Counted from the stretch's first letter, positions 17,504 to 25,528 are shown. The stretch: 64,000 nt of DNA from Candidatus Saccharimonadales bacterium (GCA_036276755.1 DASUOG010000010.1:155-64154); one strand, 5' to 3'. The notes: a model not told the origin generated them from the letters alone. Made by a program: numbers and translations.

Positions 17504-18025
17504 TTAAATCGCGTTGTCTTCGTAGGTTCTAGGCTTCAGCCATTTGAACTTGCTTATATATTCAGCGGTGAACTTATAAGGCAGAATCGCCTCAATTTTG
17601 AAATTGAGGCGATTTTTTAACTCGTCTGCAAGCTCTTGATTGGGCTTGGCTTGTGCTAGCGTGACGTGCGGGACGAAATCCCGGTTTGATTTATCTATGG
17701 CGGCTTGGGGCAGGAGTTTCATGAGCTCGCTTTGCAGATTTATAAGCTCCGGACCCTCAACCTCAATATATAAAACACGGTTTTCGAACGTACGTGTACG
17801 CGCCAGCTTGATAGAAATGGGTAGATAATGTTGGGCTACTGTTTTGAATCGCGGAACATATGTTTCCACTGGTAAGCTATCGAGAACATTCGGCGGGACC
17901 AGTGTTATATGCGGCTGGAAAGGTTTCATTACCGGATGTCCCTCTAAAATTTCCTTTTGGATGGCCTCTATATGCCGGCTGACATCTTTCGGCAGACTGA
18001 TGGCTATGAAGTACCGCTCATTCAT
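17504..18025 (-). CDS. RNA 2',3'-cyclic phosphodiesterase / 2'-5' RNA ligase family (LigT/ThpR-like)
   Basis: Two HxTx motifs (PHITLVPP, PHVTLAQA). The likely start is MNERYFIAISLP (18025) rather than tracked 18067. Confidence 0.75.
   Translation of the reverse strand: MNERYFIAISLPKDVSRHIEAIQKEILEGHPVMKPFQPHITLVPPNVLDSLPVETYVPRFKTVAQHYLPISIKLARTRTFENRVLYIEVEGPELINLQSELMKLLPQAAIDKSNRDFVPHVTLAQAKPNQELADELKNRLNFKIEAILPYKFTAEYISKFKWLKPRTYEDNAI
17585..17618 (+). terminator. intrinsic terminator for the pspC transcript, embedded in the convergent CDS
   Basis: AATCGCCTCAATTT-TG-AAATTGAGGCGATT followed by TTTT on the + strand. It lies inside the 3' part of minus-strand CDS 17504-18025, encoding NRLNFKIEAI. 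Confidence 0.55.
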
Positions 18026-18089
18026 GCACCTAGTATAAACGCAAAGAAATTTAGACATACATAGCAATTTATGGTATAATCATTAAATA

Positions 18090-18455
18090 ATGAGTGTTGA
18101 ATCGCAAATTGAGGCATTGGAATTGGCGCCGGATCGGCTAAGTACTGTTGAGTTTAGCCGGGAAGAAATGGCTATGATCATGAACCAAAACCCGGATTCA
18201 CCGAAAACTTCAGTAGCGAACTTTAATGTTATGGCGGCCTTTCTTGTAGAGCATATAGGTTTTTTCGAAGAAGAAGTAACGGAATGGTTCAGAGAAAATG
18301 ACAAAAGGCTTGGCGGCAGAAGCCGGCTAGAGGTTTGGCCCGACGAAGATGGGTTTGAAGAAGTTTTTACCCGTGCATTGGAAATTAAAAGAGAAATCGA
18401 CGAAGATTTACTTGACGATGAATTAAAAAACGGAAAACTGACAGCGAATTTATAA
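18090..18455 (+). CDS. hypothetical protein
   Basis: 121-aa acidic protein. TGgTATAAT at 18072-18080 lies 9 nt before the ATG. Confidence 0.5.
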   Translation: MSVESQIEALELAPDRLSTVEFSREEMAMIMNQNPDSPKTSVANFNVMAAFLVEHIGFFEEEVTEWFRENDKRLGGRSRLEVWPDEDGFEEVFTRALEIKREIDEDLLDDELKNGKLTANL

Positions 18456-18514
18456 GCCCTATCTGCTATGCCAGAGGTTTGACCGTAATATCGGTTATAA
18501 GTTAATCGCCTATG

Positions 18515-19207
18515 TTATTTCTTGGACCTTTTGGCGTTGTTATAAGCCTGCTCTAAGATTCGCCCGGCAAGCTCGCGCCCGCCGAGACCAAATGCCAGCG
18601 CCAGCGCGAAGACAATTCCGGCTACGATGAGCGTTATGTTGGCGGCTAGGATGGTGGTATCAAAACCGAGCTGATCGATTGCCATCAGGCCACCGAAGAT
18701 GATCAGAACGTATTGGGTAATCACACCTATGGTGTGACTGTAATCCACCCGCATATGCGAGAGTGAAGCGGACACTGCGTCCTTGACCAGTCGCGCTCCG
18801 GCGACGGTTACCGTCAACACTATAGCCGCAGCTAATACGTTAGGCAGATATCCGAGCAATTCGCGGATGACATCGCGCATAGCGGTCAAGCCGAGCACAT
18901 CGGCGATGGCCAGCGCGAAGATCACGATTATCACCCAGAACGTAATACGGCCGGATACGTCAATGAAATCTACGTTGACTTCGGCCGTCTTGAGCGTCTT
19001 GGATACGCTTTTGCTCTTGAGAAGCTTGTTAAGACCTATTAATTCTAAAACTTTTTCTACTGCCGCTTTGGCAAGTTTGGCAAAAACTATCGCTACGATA
19101 AGCAATAAAATCGCGCTGAACAGTTTCGGCAGATAAGAACTGATAGCCGACCAGAACTCATTGGCCGAATCGCTCAGCACTTCGTTAAAACCTTTTGTAT
19201 TTTCCAT
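18515..19207 (-). CDS. membrane protein with conserved TM-helix repeats (mechanosensitive-channel-associated type)
   Basis: 230 aa with repeated segments of the form L-x-Y-L-P-x-(L/I)-x-(A/S)-A-(I/L) followed by TM helices. Confidence 0.6.
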   Translation of the reverse strand: MENTKGFNEVLSDSANEFWSAISSYLPKLFSAILLLIVAIVFAKLAKAAVEKVLELIGLNKLLKSKSVSKTLKTAEVNVDFIDVSGRITFWVIIVIFALAIADVLGLTAMRDVIRELLGYLPNVLAAAIVLTVTVAGARLVKDAVSASLSHMRVDYSHTIGVITQYVLIIFGGLMAIDQLGFDTTILAANITLIVAGIVFALALAFGLGGRELAGRILEQAYNNAKRSKK

Positions 19208-19297
19208 TATCCCTCCTTATAGGCTAATAATATAAGTGTACCAAACTGTTCGCATGATACAAGTACGGCTCGCTTGGACAAATGGTATATTGATTAA

Positions 19298-19951
19298 ATG
19301 GCCAGGTTTGAAGCGATACATTTCGACATGGACGGTGTAATCGCCGATACGGAACCGCTGCACGTGGCAGCGGAGAGGCAGACGTGCACGGATTATGGAT
19401 TTGATGTGAATCCGGAGGATTGGACTGGATTCAAGGGCCGACGGGCCGAAGATATATTCAACCATTTGATTGAGCATTACGGTGACCCGGCAGTACACAC
19501 CGCGGACAGTCTGATAGATCATAAGACCAATCTGTTTTTAGAGCTGGCAAAAGACAGGCTCAAGCCGATAGATGGTGTGCTGGATTTCTTAGCGTGGGCA
19601 AGGGAGAGCCACAAGAAGGTATCGCTGGTAACATCCAGTAATAGACGGATACAGGACTTTATCGTAGGAACTTTAGGGATCAGGGATTTATTCGATACGT
19701 TTGTCAACGGCAATGATATAACTAAGGGCAAGCCGCACCCCCAGCCTTACTGGATGGCACTAAAATCCGTGGGCGTGGCCGGAAACAAATCGGTAGTAAT
19801 CGAGGATTCCTCCAGCGGTATACGTTCGGCCAAAAGCGCCGGATGCAGTGTCCTGGCCATCGCAACCTCCCATTCGCCGCAGGAACTCAAGCTTGAACGT
19901 CCGGACTTCATCGCCGAGGACTATCTGTACGCGCGAAATCTGCTGGCCTGA
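19298..19951 (+). CDS. HAD-IA family hydrolase (beta-phosphoglucomutase-like)
   Basis: 217 aa. Motif I FDMDGVIADTE, motif II LVTSS, motif III KGKPHPQPY and VIEDSSSG. TGgTATATT lies 6 nt before the ATG. Confidence 0.8.
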   Translation: MARFEAIHFDMDGVIADTEPLHVAAERQTCTDYGFDVNPEDWTGFKGRRAEDIFNHLIEHYGDPAVHTADSLIDHKTNLFLELAKDRLKPIDGVLDFLAWARESHKKVSLVTSSNRRIQDFIVGTLGIRDLFDTFVNGNDITKGKPHPQPYWMALKSVGVAGNKSVVIEDSSSGIRSAKSAGCSVLAIATSHSPQELKLERPDFIAEDYLYARNLLA

Positions 19952-19987
19952 AGTAATGATATGATTAATTGAACGTATCTAGGTTCG

Positions 19988-20401
19988 GTGTATATGAAGG
20001 CAAACGGAATAGTAATCAGGCACAAGCGCAACGGCACGAAATTCGGTTATCCGACGGCGAATATAGTGTTCGAGGATAAATCATTTAGCGGCCTGTTCGT
20101 CGGTAATACCAAGCTTTTGTCCACGGACGATGAAAAAGTCAAGCAGACGTTCGCCGGGCGGGAATTACCGTCGATAATATTCATCGGCACGGCGGAAACG
20201 CTGGATGAGACTGAGCACCGGCTGGAGTCGCATATCCTAGACTTTCCTTTGATCGACCTGTATGACAGCGAAATCGAGATTACGGTACTGGATAAACTGC
20301 GTGATAATAGAAAGTTCGAGAGTGTAGAGTTGCTTATCGAACAGATGAAAAAAGACGAGCGTGATGCCCGCCGCTGGTTCGCCAAAGAGAATCTGCGATG
20401 A
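19988..20401 (+). CDS. riboflavin kinase domain protein
   Basis: 137 aa. ..GTKFGYPTANI.., ..LESHILDF..DLYDSEIEITVLDKLRDNRKFESVELLIEQMKKDERDARRWF matches the RibF C-terminal kinase domain. Confidence 0.75.
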   Translation: MYMKANGIVIRHKRNGTKFGYPTANIVFEDKSFSGLFVGNTKLLSTDDEKVKQTFAGRELPSIIFIGTAETLDETEHRLESHILDFPLIDLYDSEIEITVLDKLRDNRKFESVELLIEQMKKDERDARRWFAKENLR

Positions 20402-21009
20402 TTGATGAACGGTTCGTCATATTGGCGGTCATTGTTAATTTTGCCGGGAGTTTAAATTACCTAGTTAACACTCTGAAAGGAGATACAAAGCCTAACCGTG
20501 TCACGTGGTTTTTGTGGGCACTATTTCCGATGATTGCTTTTAGTGCAATGCTTGATAAGGATGTTGGAACAACTCCCTTGGTCCTGACTTTTATGTCCGG
20601 ATTTATGCCATTAATGATCTTCTCAGGATCTTTTATTAACAGGAATGCTTTCTGGAAAATTACTAGATTTGATTGGACTTGCGGTATTTTATCCTTCGCA
20701 GGATTAATTCTATGGTTTATAACTCGTGAAGGTAATATAGCAATAGCGTTAAGTATACTAGCAGATGCTTTGGCGCTGCTTCCTACTCTCGTAAAGTCAT
20801 ATAAATTTCCCAAAACTGAGAGCTGGGCAGCTTTCGGCGGCGCTGCAGCTGCGGCTTTCATCACTATGTTAACAATAAAAGTTTGGACTTTTGCTGCAGT
20901 TGCATTTCCGCTTTATATATTTATCGTGTGTGTGATACTTTCTGTACTTATTAAATTTAAAATCGGTCCGAAACTGACACCAAGTATCAAAGGAATCCCC
21001 AATGATTGA
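20398..21009 (+). CDS. polytopic membrane protein, tandem paralog 1
   Basis: 203 aa with about 6-7 TM helices and motif KG-TKPNRVTWFLW. The start overlaps the riboflavin kinase stop (ATGA). Confidence 0.65.
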   Translation: MIDERFVILAVIVNFAGSLNYLVNTLKGDTKPNRVTWFLWALFPMIAFSAMLDKDVGTTPLVLTFMSGFMPLMIFSGSFINRNAFWKITRFDWTCGILSFAGLILWFITREGNIAIALSILADALALLPTLVKSYKFPKTESWAAFGGAAAAAFITMLTIKVWTFAAVAFPLYIFIVCVILSVLIKFKIGPKLTPSIKGIPND

Positions 21010-21607
21010 TGAACGGTTCGTCATATTGGCGGTCCTGGTGGATGTATGGGGCAGTCTGGCTTACGTCATCGACACGGCGAAAGGAATAACCAAACCGAAC
21101 CGTGTTACGTGGTTTTTGTGGACTCTTATACCGGTAGTCGCATTGGTCGGTATGTTTGACGAGAAGGCGAGTATGACTTCCATAATCTTAGTGGGGGTAT
21201 TCGGACTTATGCCGCTTATAATATTTATAACTTCGTTTTTAAACAAGAAAGCTTATTGGAAAATAACCCGTTTTGATTGGATTTGCGGTATTCTCTCCGC
21301 GGCCGGTATCCTAGCCTGGCTGGCAACCGGCAATGGTAATCTGACGATAATATTCTCGATGGTGGCCAACTTCTTCGCTTGGCTGCCGACTTTGGTAAAG
21401 GCCTTCCGGGTTCCGGATAGCGAAAGCTGGCTGGCATATTTTAACGGGGCGCTGGCCTCGTTTTTAACACTTTTGACAGTAGGACAATGGTCATTCGCTT
21501 CGGTTGCCCTGTTGATATATTTCACCATAAGCTGCAGCGTTACTTTCGCTTTGGTTAAGTTCAGACTAGGGCTGAAATTATTGAAACTACCCGGGGCGCA
21601 GACCTGA
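21002..21607 (+). CDS. polytopic membrane protein, tandem paralog 2
   Basis: 201 aa, roughly half the residues identical by eye to paralog 1. Its first 33 nt are identical to 20398-20430. Confidence 0.65.
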   Translation: MIDERFVILAVLVDVWGSLAYVIDTAKGITKPNRVTWFLWTLIPVVALVGMFDEKASMTSIILVGVFGLMPLIIFITSFLNKKAYWKITRFDWICGILSAAGILAWLATGNGNLTIIFSMVANFFAWLPTLVKAFRVPDSESWLAYFNGALASFLTLLTVGQWSFASVALLIYFTISCSVTFALVKFRLGLKLLKLPGAQT

Positions 21608-21619
21608 TATTATTATTGT

Positions 21620-22246
21620 ATGAAAGTAACCAAATACGAGCAAAGCTGTCTGCTAATAGAATATCGTGGGAGCAGAATATTGATCGATCCCGGATTTCCT
21701 TTTGCTGGCAGGCATGATATCTCAGAACTGGGCAGGCTGGATGCCGTATTCATTACCCATGAGCACCCTGATCATTTCGATAAAGATATGTGCGAAAAAC
21801 TGGCAGATGAAACGATAGTACATGTCAATGAGAGCACGGCCAAGCAATTAAATAATCCTAAGAAGATCGTCATTAAAAACCATGACTTGATAGAGGTAGG
21901 GAAATTCAAGATAAAGGTTATCGAACTGCCACACTGTCTGATGCCGGACGGCAGCGAAGGACCGCAAAATGCGGGGTATCTAATAAATGATAAATTGTTC
22001 CACCCAGGCGACGGGATAAAATTGGATGGTTTGAACGTAAAAAATCTGGCCTTGCCCATAACGGGCCCCGATATATCGCCTAAGGCAGCATTTGAGTTCG
22101 CCCGGCAAGTCGCGGCGAAGAAAGCGCTGGCTATCCATTATGATACTTTTGGAGCTAACGCGGATTATTATCAGGATCGCGCTAAGGCTACCAAGCAGCC
22201 GTTTAAGCTAGTAGTTTTGCGCCCCGGCGAATCAATGAAAATCTGA
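21620..22246 (+). CDS. MBL-fold metallo-hydrolase
   Basis: 208 aa with FITHEHPDHFD. TGaTATTAT lies 6 nt before the ATG. Confidence 0.8.
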   Translation: MKVTKYEQSCLLIEYRGSRILIDPGFPFAGRHDISELGRLDAVFITHEHPDHFDKDMCEKLADETIVHVNESTAKQLNNPKKIVIKNHDLIEVGKFKIKVIELPHCLMPDGSEGPQNAGYLINDKLFHPGDGIKLDGLNVKNLALPITGPDISPKAAFEFARQVAAKKALAIHYDTFGANADYYQDRAKATKQPFKLVVLRPGESMKI

Positions 22247-22383
22247 TGAATCCCGTAGTGAGCCTCCAGGTTGCTTTGCAAAGACTGTCAATATTCAATG
22301 GGGTTTTATTACATAAAGATAATTCAGTATCCAAAGAAAGATGTTTGTGTAACGAAAGTTCTTGGAGGTCTACTACGGGATGA
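22246..22383 (+). CDS. 45-codon ORF spanning the miniature element
   Basis: ATG overlaps the MBL stop (TGATG). The product is MNPVVSLQVALQRLSIFNGVLLHKDNSVSKERCLCNESSWRSTTG. The TGA overlaps the def ATG (ATGA). It is below the 60-aa cutoff of the track. Confidence 0.35.
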   Translation: MNPVVSLQVALQRLSIFNGVLLHKDNSVSKERCLCNESSWRSTTG

Positions 22384-22384
22384 A
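22246..22384 (+). mobile_element. miniature copy of start-codon-associated inverted-repeat element
   Basis: Layout: ATGAA (22246-50) | TCCCGTAGTGAGCCTCCAGG (22251-70) | ~90 nt | CTTGGAGGTCTACTACGGG (22361-79) | ATGAA (22380-84). The arms pair over 20 positions, allowing G-U pairs. Confidence 0.55.
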
Positions 22385-22922
22385 GATTACCGAATTCGGC
22401 AACCCAATACTGCGCCAAAAGCCTAAAAAACTGACCGTCAAAGAAATAAAATCCGAAACAACCCAAAGACTCATCAAGCGGATGCGTGAATTTTTGCTGA
22501 GCAAGAAACTGGGGGTCGGCTTGGCCGCGCCACAGGTCGGAAAAGGGTTAGCTCTGGCCGTCATTTGTATCCGACCGGTGGAACATCGGGAAGATGTAGA
22601 AGAATTCGATCTAGTGATAATCAATCCGGAGATCACCCGTACGTTCGGGCGAAGGGTGCAACAATGGGAAGGTTGTATCAGCGGCGGTTCGCTCAAAGGC
22701 GGATTATTTGCCAAGGTACCAAGATATAAAAAGCTGGAATTAAGCTATAAGGACGAAAAAGCCCGGCCTCAGAAAAAGGTTTTTGAAGGCTTGCCGGCGC
22801 ATGTGATACAGCACGAGATCGATCATTTAAACGGCGTGCTGTTCGTAGAAAAGGTTAAAGACCGCAGGACGTTCGTAACCTATAACGAATACGTCAAAAT
22901 CGCCAAATCGGACAAAAAATAA
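22380..22922 (+). CDS. def: peptide deformylase
   Basis: Motifs GVGLAAPQVG, EGCIS and HEIDHLNG. Start at ATG 22380 (MKITEFGNPILRQ) with GGAGG 12 nt upstream; tracked start 22362 lies inside the element arm. Confidence 0.9.
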   Translation: MKITEFGNPILRQKPKKLTVKEIKSETTQRLIKRMREFLLSKKLGVGLAAPQVGKGLALAVICIRPVEHREDVEEFDLVIINPEITRTFGRRVQQWEGCISGGSLKGGLFAKVPRYKKLELSYKDEKARPQKKVFEGLPAHVIQHEIDHLNGVLFVEKVKDRRTFVTYNEYVKIAKSDKK

Positions 22923-22925
22923 ATT

Positions 22926-23855
22926 TTAACTGACTAAAGTATCCAGCAACGCCATGCGTATGTAGAGTCCGTTGCCGGCCTGCTCGAAATATTTTGCACG
23001 CGAGTCCTTGTCAACCTCCGGGTCGATTTCGTCAATCCGCGGCAGGGGATGAAGTATGATCGAATCTTTCGGCAGCTTGGCGATGTTGGTCTTGGTCAGG
23101 GTGAAACCGCCGCTGTTTATGGAGCCGGGTTTTTCTAACCTTTCTTTTTGCAAACGGGTCCAATAAACTACGTCAGCGCCGGGAAAAACCTCGGTTACAT
23201 CGCTGGTCTCGTCATAAGTCGTGCCGCTTTTTTTCAGCATTTGTTTGATGTCCTTTTCCATCTGAAGTTCGGGTACGGAAACGAAACTTATATGGTTATT
23301 CGGGTACAAGGACATCAGGCGGCAAAGCGATCTGATGGTACGGCCGTATTTAAGGTCGCCACCGGCGACGATCCTAAGGTTGTCCAGGCGACCGAAATGC
23401 TTCTTTATCGTATAGGCATCCAAAAGCGCCTGGGTAGGATGTTCGCCGGTACCGTCGCCGGCATTGATAATCGGTATCTTGCTGACCGATGCGGCCTTGT
23501 TCGCCGCACCATTTTCACGGTGGCGGATTATTATCGCAGACAAGCCGTATTGATTAAGGACGTTTACCGTATCTTCTATAGTTTCGCCTTTGGCGGCTGA
23601 TGAAAATCCGGCCGCGTTTTCGGTGGATATGACATCAATGCCCAGTTTCAGCGCGGCTGTCTCAAAACTGAGCCGGGTCCTGGTAGAGGGTTCATAAAAA
23701 AGCGTGCATATCTGCTTGCCCGCGTATTTGCTTGATAGCTTTTTGGCGGCCACAGGATCATTCAGCCGGGTTTCTATGGATTCGGCAAGGGAGAACAACT
23801 CTTCTAATGTCGAGGTATCGAATTGATCTATCGACAGTACGTTTGAGATGCCCAT
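22926..23855 (-). CDS. pyrB: aspartate carbamoyltransferase catalytic subunit
   Basis: 309 aa. STRTRLSFE, HPTQALLD and HPLPR motifs. Confidence 0.92.
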   Translation of the reverse strand: MGISNVLSIDQFDTSTLEELFSLAESIETRLNDPVAAKKLSSKYAGKQICTLFYEPSTRTRLSFETAALKLGIDVISTENAAGFSSAAKGETIEDTVNVLNQYGLSAIIIRHRENGAANKAASVSKIPIINAGDGTGEHPTQALLDAYTIKKHFGRLDNLRIVAGGDLKYGRTIRSLCRLMSLYPNNHISFVSVPELQMEKDIKQMLKKSGTTYDETSDVTEVFPGADVVYWTRLQKERLEKPGSINSGGFTLTKTNIAKLPKDSIILHPLPRIDEIDPEVDKDSRAKYFEQAGNGLYIRMALLDTLVS

Positions 23856-23940
23856 ATCTGAATGGACATTCTGATGTATTTCCCGGGATAAATCAAGCGT
23901 CCGGGCTGGTATACTGTTTAATGAACCAAAAATTAAAAAG

Positions 23941-24264
23941 ATGAATCCCGTAGTGAGCCCTTGATTACGATTATGTTTTACGTTTATTTATTAAGGTCCA
24001 AAACAAGAATATACGTTGGCATAACAACCGACTTAAAAAAACGCGTCACAAAACATAACGCCGGTCAAAATGTATCAACGAAGGCCTATCTGCCCTGGAA
24101 ACTGATATTTTATGAAGCTTATATTAATCGTCAAGATGCCGCAAGACGTGAAAAATATTTAAAGACAACTCAAGGCAGGCAAGCAATAAGAAGGATGTTA
24201 AGATGTACTTTAGAGAATCAGAAATTAACACATTTTGACTATCAAGGATCTACTACGGGATGAA
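23941..24264 (+). mobile_element. GIY-YIG-encoding copy of start-codon-associated inverted-repeat element
   Basis: Layout: ATGAA (23941-45) | TCCCGTAGTGAGCCCTTGAT (23946-65) | GIY-YIG ORF | ATCAAGGATCTACTACGGG (24241-59) | ATGAA (24260-64). Confidence 0.6.
23961..24263 (+). CDS. GIY-YIG nuclease family protein (UPF0213-like)
   Basis: ..FYVYLLRSKTRIYVGITTDLKKRVTKHNAG.. and ..RREKYLKTTQGRQ.. The TTG start overlaps the stop of a 7-codon ORF (MNPVVSP). Alternative start ATG 23973. The stop overlaps the GH1 ATG. Confidence 0.8.
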   Translation: MITIMFYVYLLRSKTRIYVGITTDLKKRVTKHNAGQNVSTKAYLPWKLIFYEAYINRQDAARREKYLKTTQGRQAIRRMLRCTLENQKLTHFDYQGSTTG

Positions 24265-25528
24265 AGAAGAACAAAACGCAGCGATTTTCCCAAAACATTT
24301 TTTCTGGGGTGCAAGTGTGTCCGCGCATCAGGTTGAAGGCGGCAACCATAACCAGTGGACGGTCTGGGAGCTGGAAAATGCCACCCGGCTGGCGCAAACC
24401 GCGCATATAAGATTGGGAAGACTCTCGAGTTGGGAAAGGTTCAAAGACCAGGCTGAAGAACCTGATAATTACGTGTCCGGCGTTGCCGTGGACCACTACA
24501 ACCGTTACAGGGAAGACTTTGACTTGCTAGAAAAACTTAACCTTAATTCCTTCCGTTTTACTATCGAGTGGTCAAGGATCGAACCCGAAGAAGGCAAATG
24601 GAACCAGGAAGCCATAGAATATTACAGAAACTATATAAAAGAGCTAAGAAAACGCAAAATAGAGCCGTTCTTGAACATCTGGCATTGGACTCTGCCGGTA
24701 TGGTTCGCTGAAATAGACGGATTTGAGAAGAAAGACAATCTACGGTATTTTGAGAGGTTCGTCGAAAAGATATGTAAGTCGGGACTGTTGGATGAAGTCG
24801 AATATGTCCTGACAATTAATGAGCCGAGCAACTACGCGAGCTTCGGTTATCTGCTGGGCGAATGGCCGCCCCAACAGAAGAATTTCTGGAAGTTCGCCAA
24901 AGTTTATTGGAATATGACGAAAGTCCATAAGCAGTCTTATAAGATAATCAAGTCCCACAAACCGGCCATACAGGTGGGGTTGGCAATGATATTGGCCAAT
25001 ATTCAGGCCAAACACCCGCATAACATCCTTGATGAAGCCTCGACCAAGATTATGAGGTATATATGGAACTGGTGGTTTTTAAAGCGCATAAAGCGCAAGC
25101 TGGATTTTGTCGGTGTGAATTATTATTTCAGCGATTATTACACCGGTCTTGGCCGGCGTGAGAATCCTAAAGTTCCGGTAAGCGATTTGGGATGGTATGC
25201 AGAGCCGGAAGGGCTTTATCCGATTTTGCTCAGGACCTGGGCCAAGTTCAAGAAACCGATATTTGTTTCCGAAAGCGGTATAGCCGATCAGGATGATGAG
25301 CTTCGGCGCTGGTGGATACAGGAAAACCTGGTCGCTATGGAGCGCGCGCTTAGCGAGGGTGTCGATCTGCGCGGGTACTTTCACTGGAGCCTGCTGGATA
25401 ACTTCGAGTGGGCTTACGGCTGGTGGCCTAAGTTCGGGCTGGTCCGAGTAGATAGAAAAAACGGCATGAAACGGGCTATCCGGCCAAGTGCCAAGTGGTT
25501 CGCGAACTGGATTGCCAAGCTGGAGTAA
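24260..25528 (+). CDS. glycoside hydrolase family 1 (beta-glucosidase-like)
   Basis: 422 aa. FPKHFFWGASVSAHQVEGG, TINEP (acid/base), VSESG (nucleophile region) and the C-terminal WSLLDNFEW. Confidence 0.9.
   Translation: MKEEQNAAIFPKHFFWGASVSAHQVEGGNHNQWTVWELENATRLAQTAHIRLGRLSSWERFKDQAEEPDNYVSGVAVDHYNRYREDFDLLEKLNLNSFRFTIEWSRIEPEEGKWNQEAIEYYRNYIKELRKRKIEPFLNIWHWTLPVWFAEIDGFEKKDNLRYFERFVEKICKSGLLDEVEYVLTINEPSNYASFGYLLGEWPPQQKNFWKFAKVYWNMTKVHKQSYKIIKSHKPAIQVGLAMILANIQAKHPHNILDEASTKIMRYIWNWWFLKRIKRKLDFVGVNYYFSDYYTGLGRRENPKVPVSDLGWYAEPEGLYPILLRTWAKFKKPIFVSESGIADQDDELRRWWIQENLVAMERALSEGVDLRGYFHWSLLDNFEWAYGWWPKFGLVRVDRKNGMKRAIRPSAKWFANWIAKLE

Noticed and set aside
22241-22384. Hammerhead-ribozyme-like core: CTGATGA immediately before the left arm of the miniature element, and GAA after the right arm.
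   Set aside because: The match comes from the duplicated ATGAA. Copy A has GAAG instead of GAAA. Copy B has AAGATGA instead of CTGATGA. No stem I/III or cleavage-site context can be drawn in either copy.
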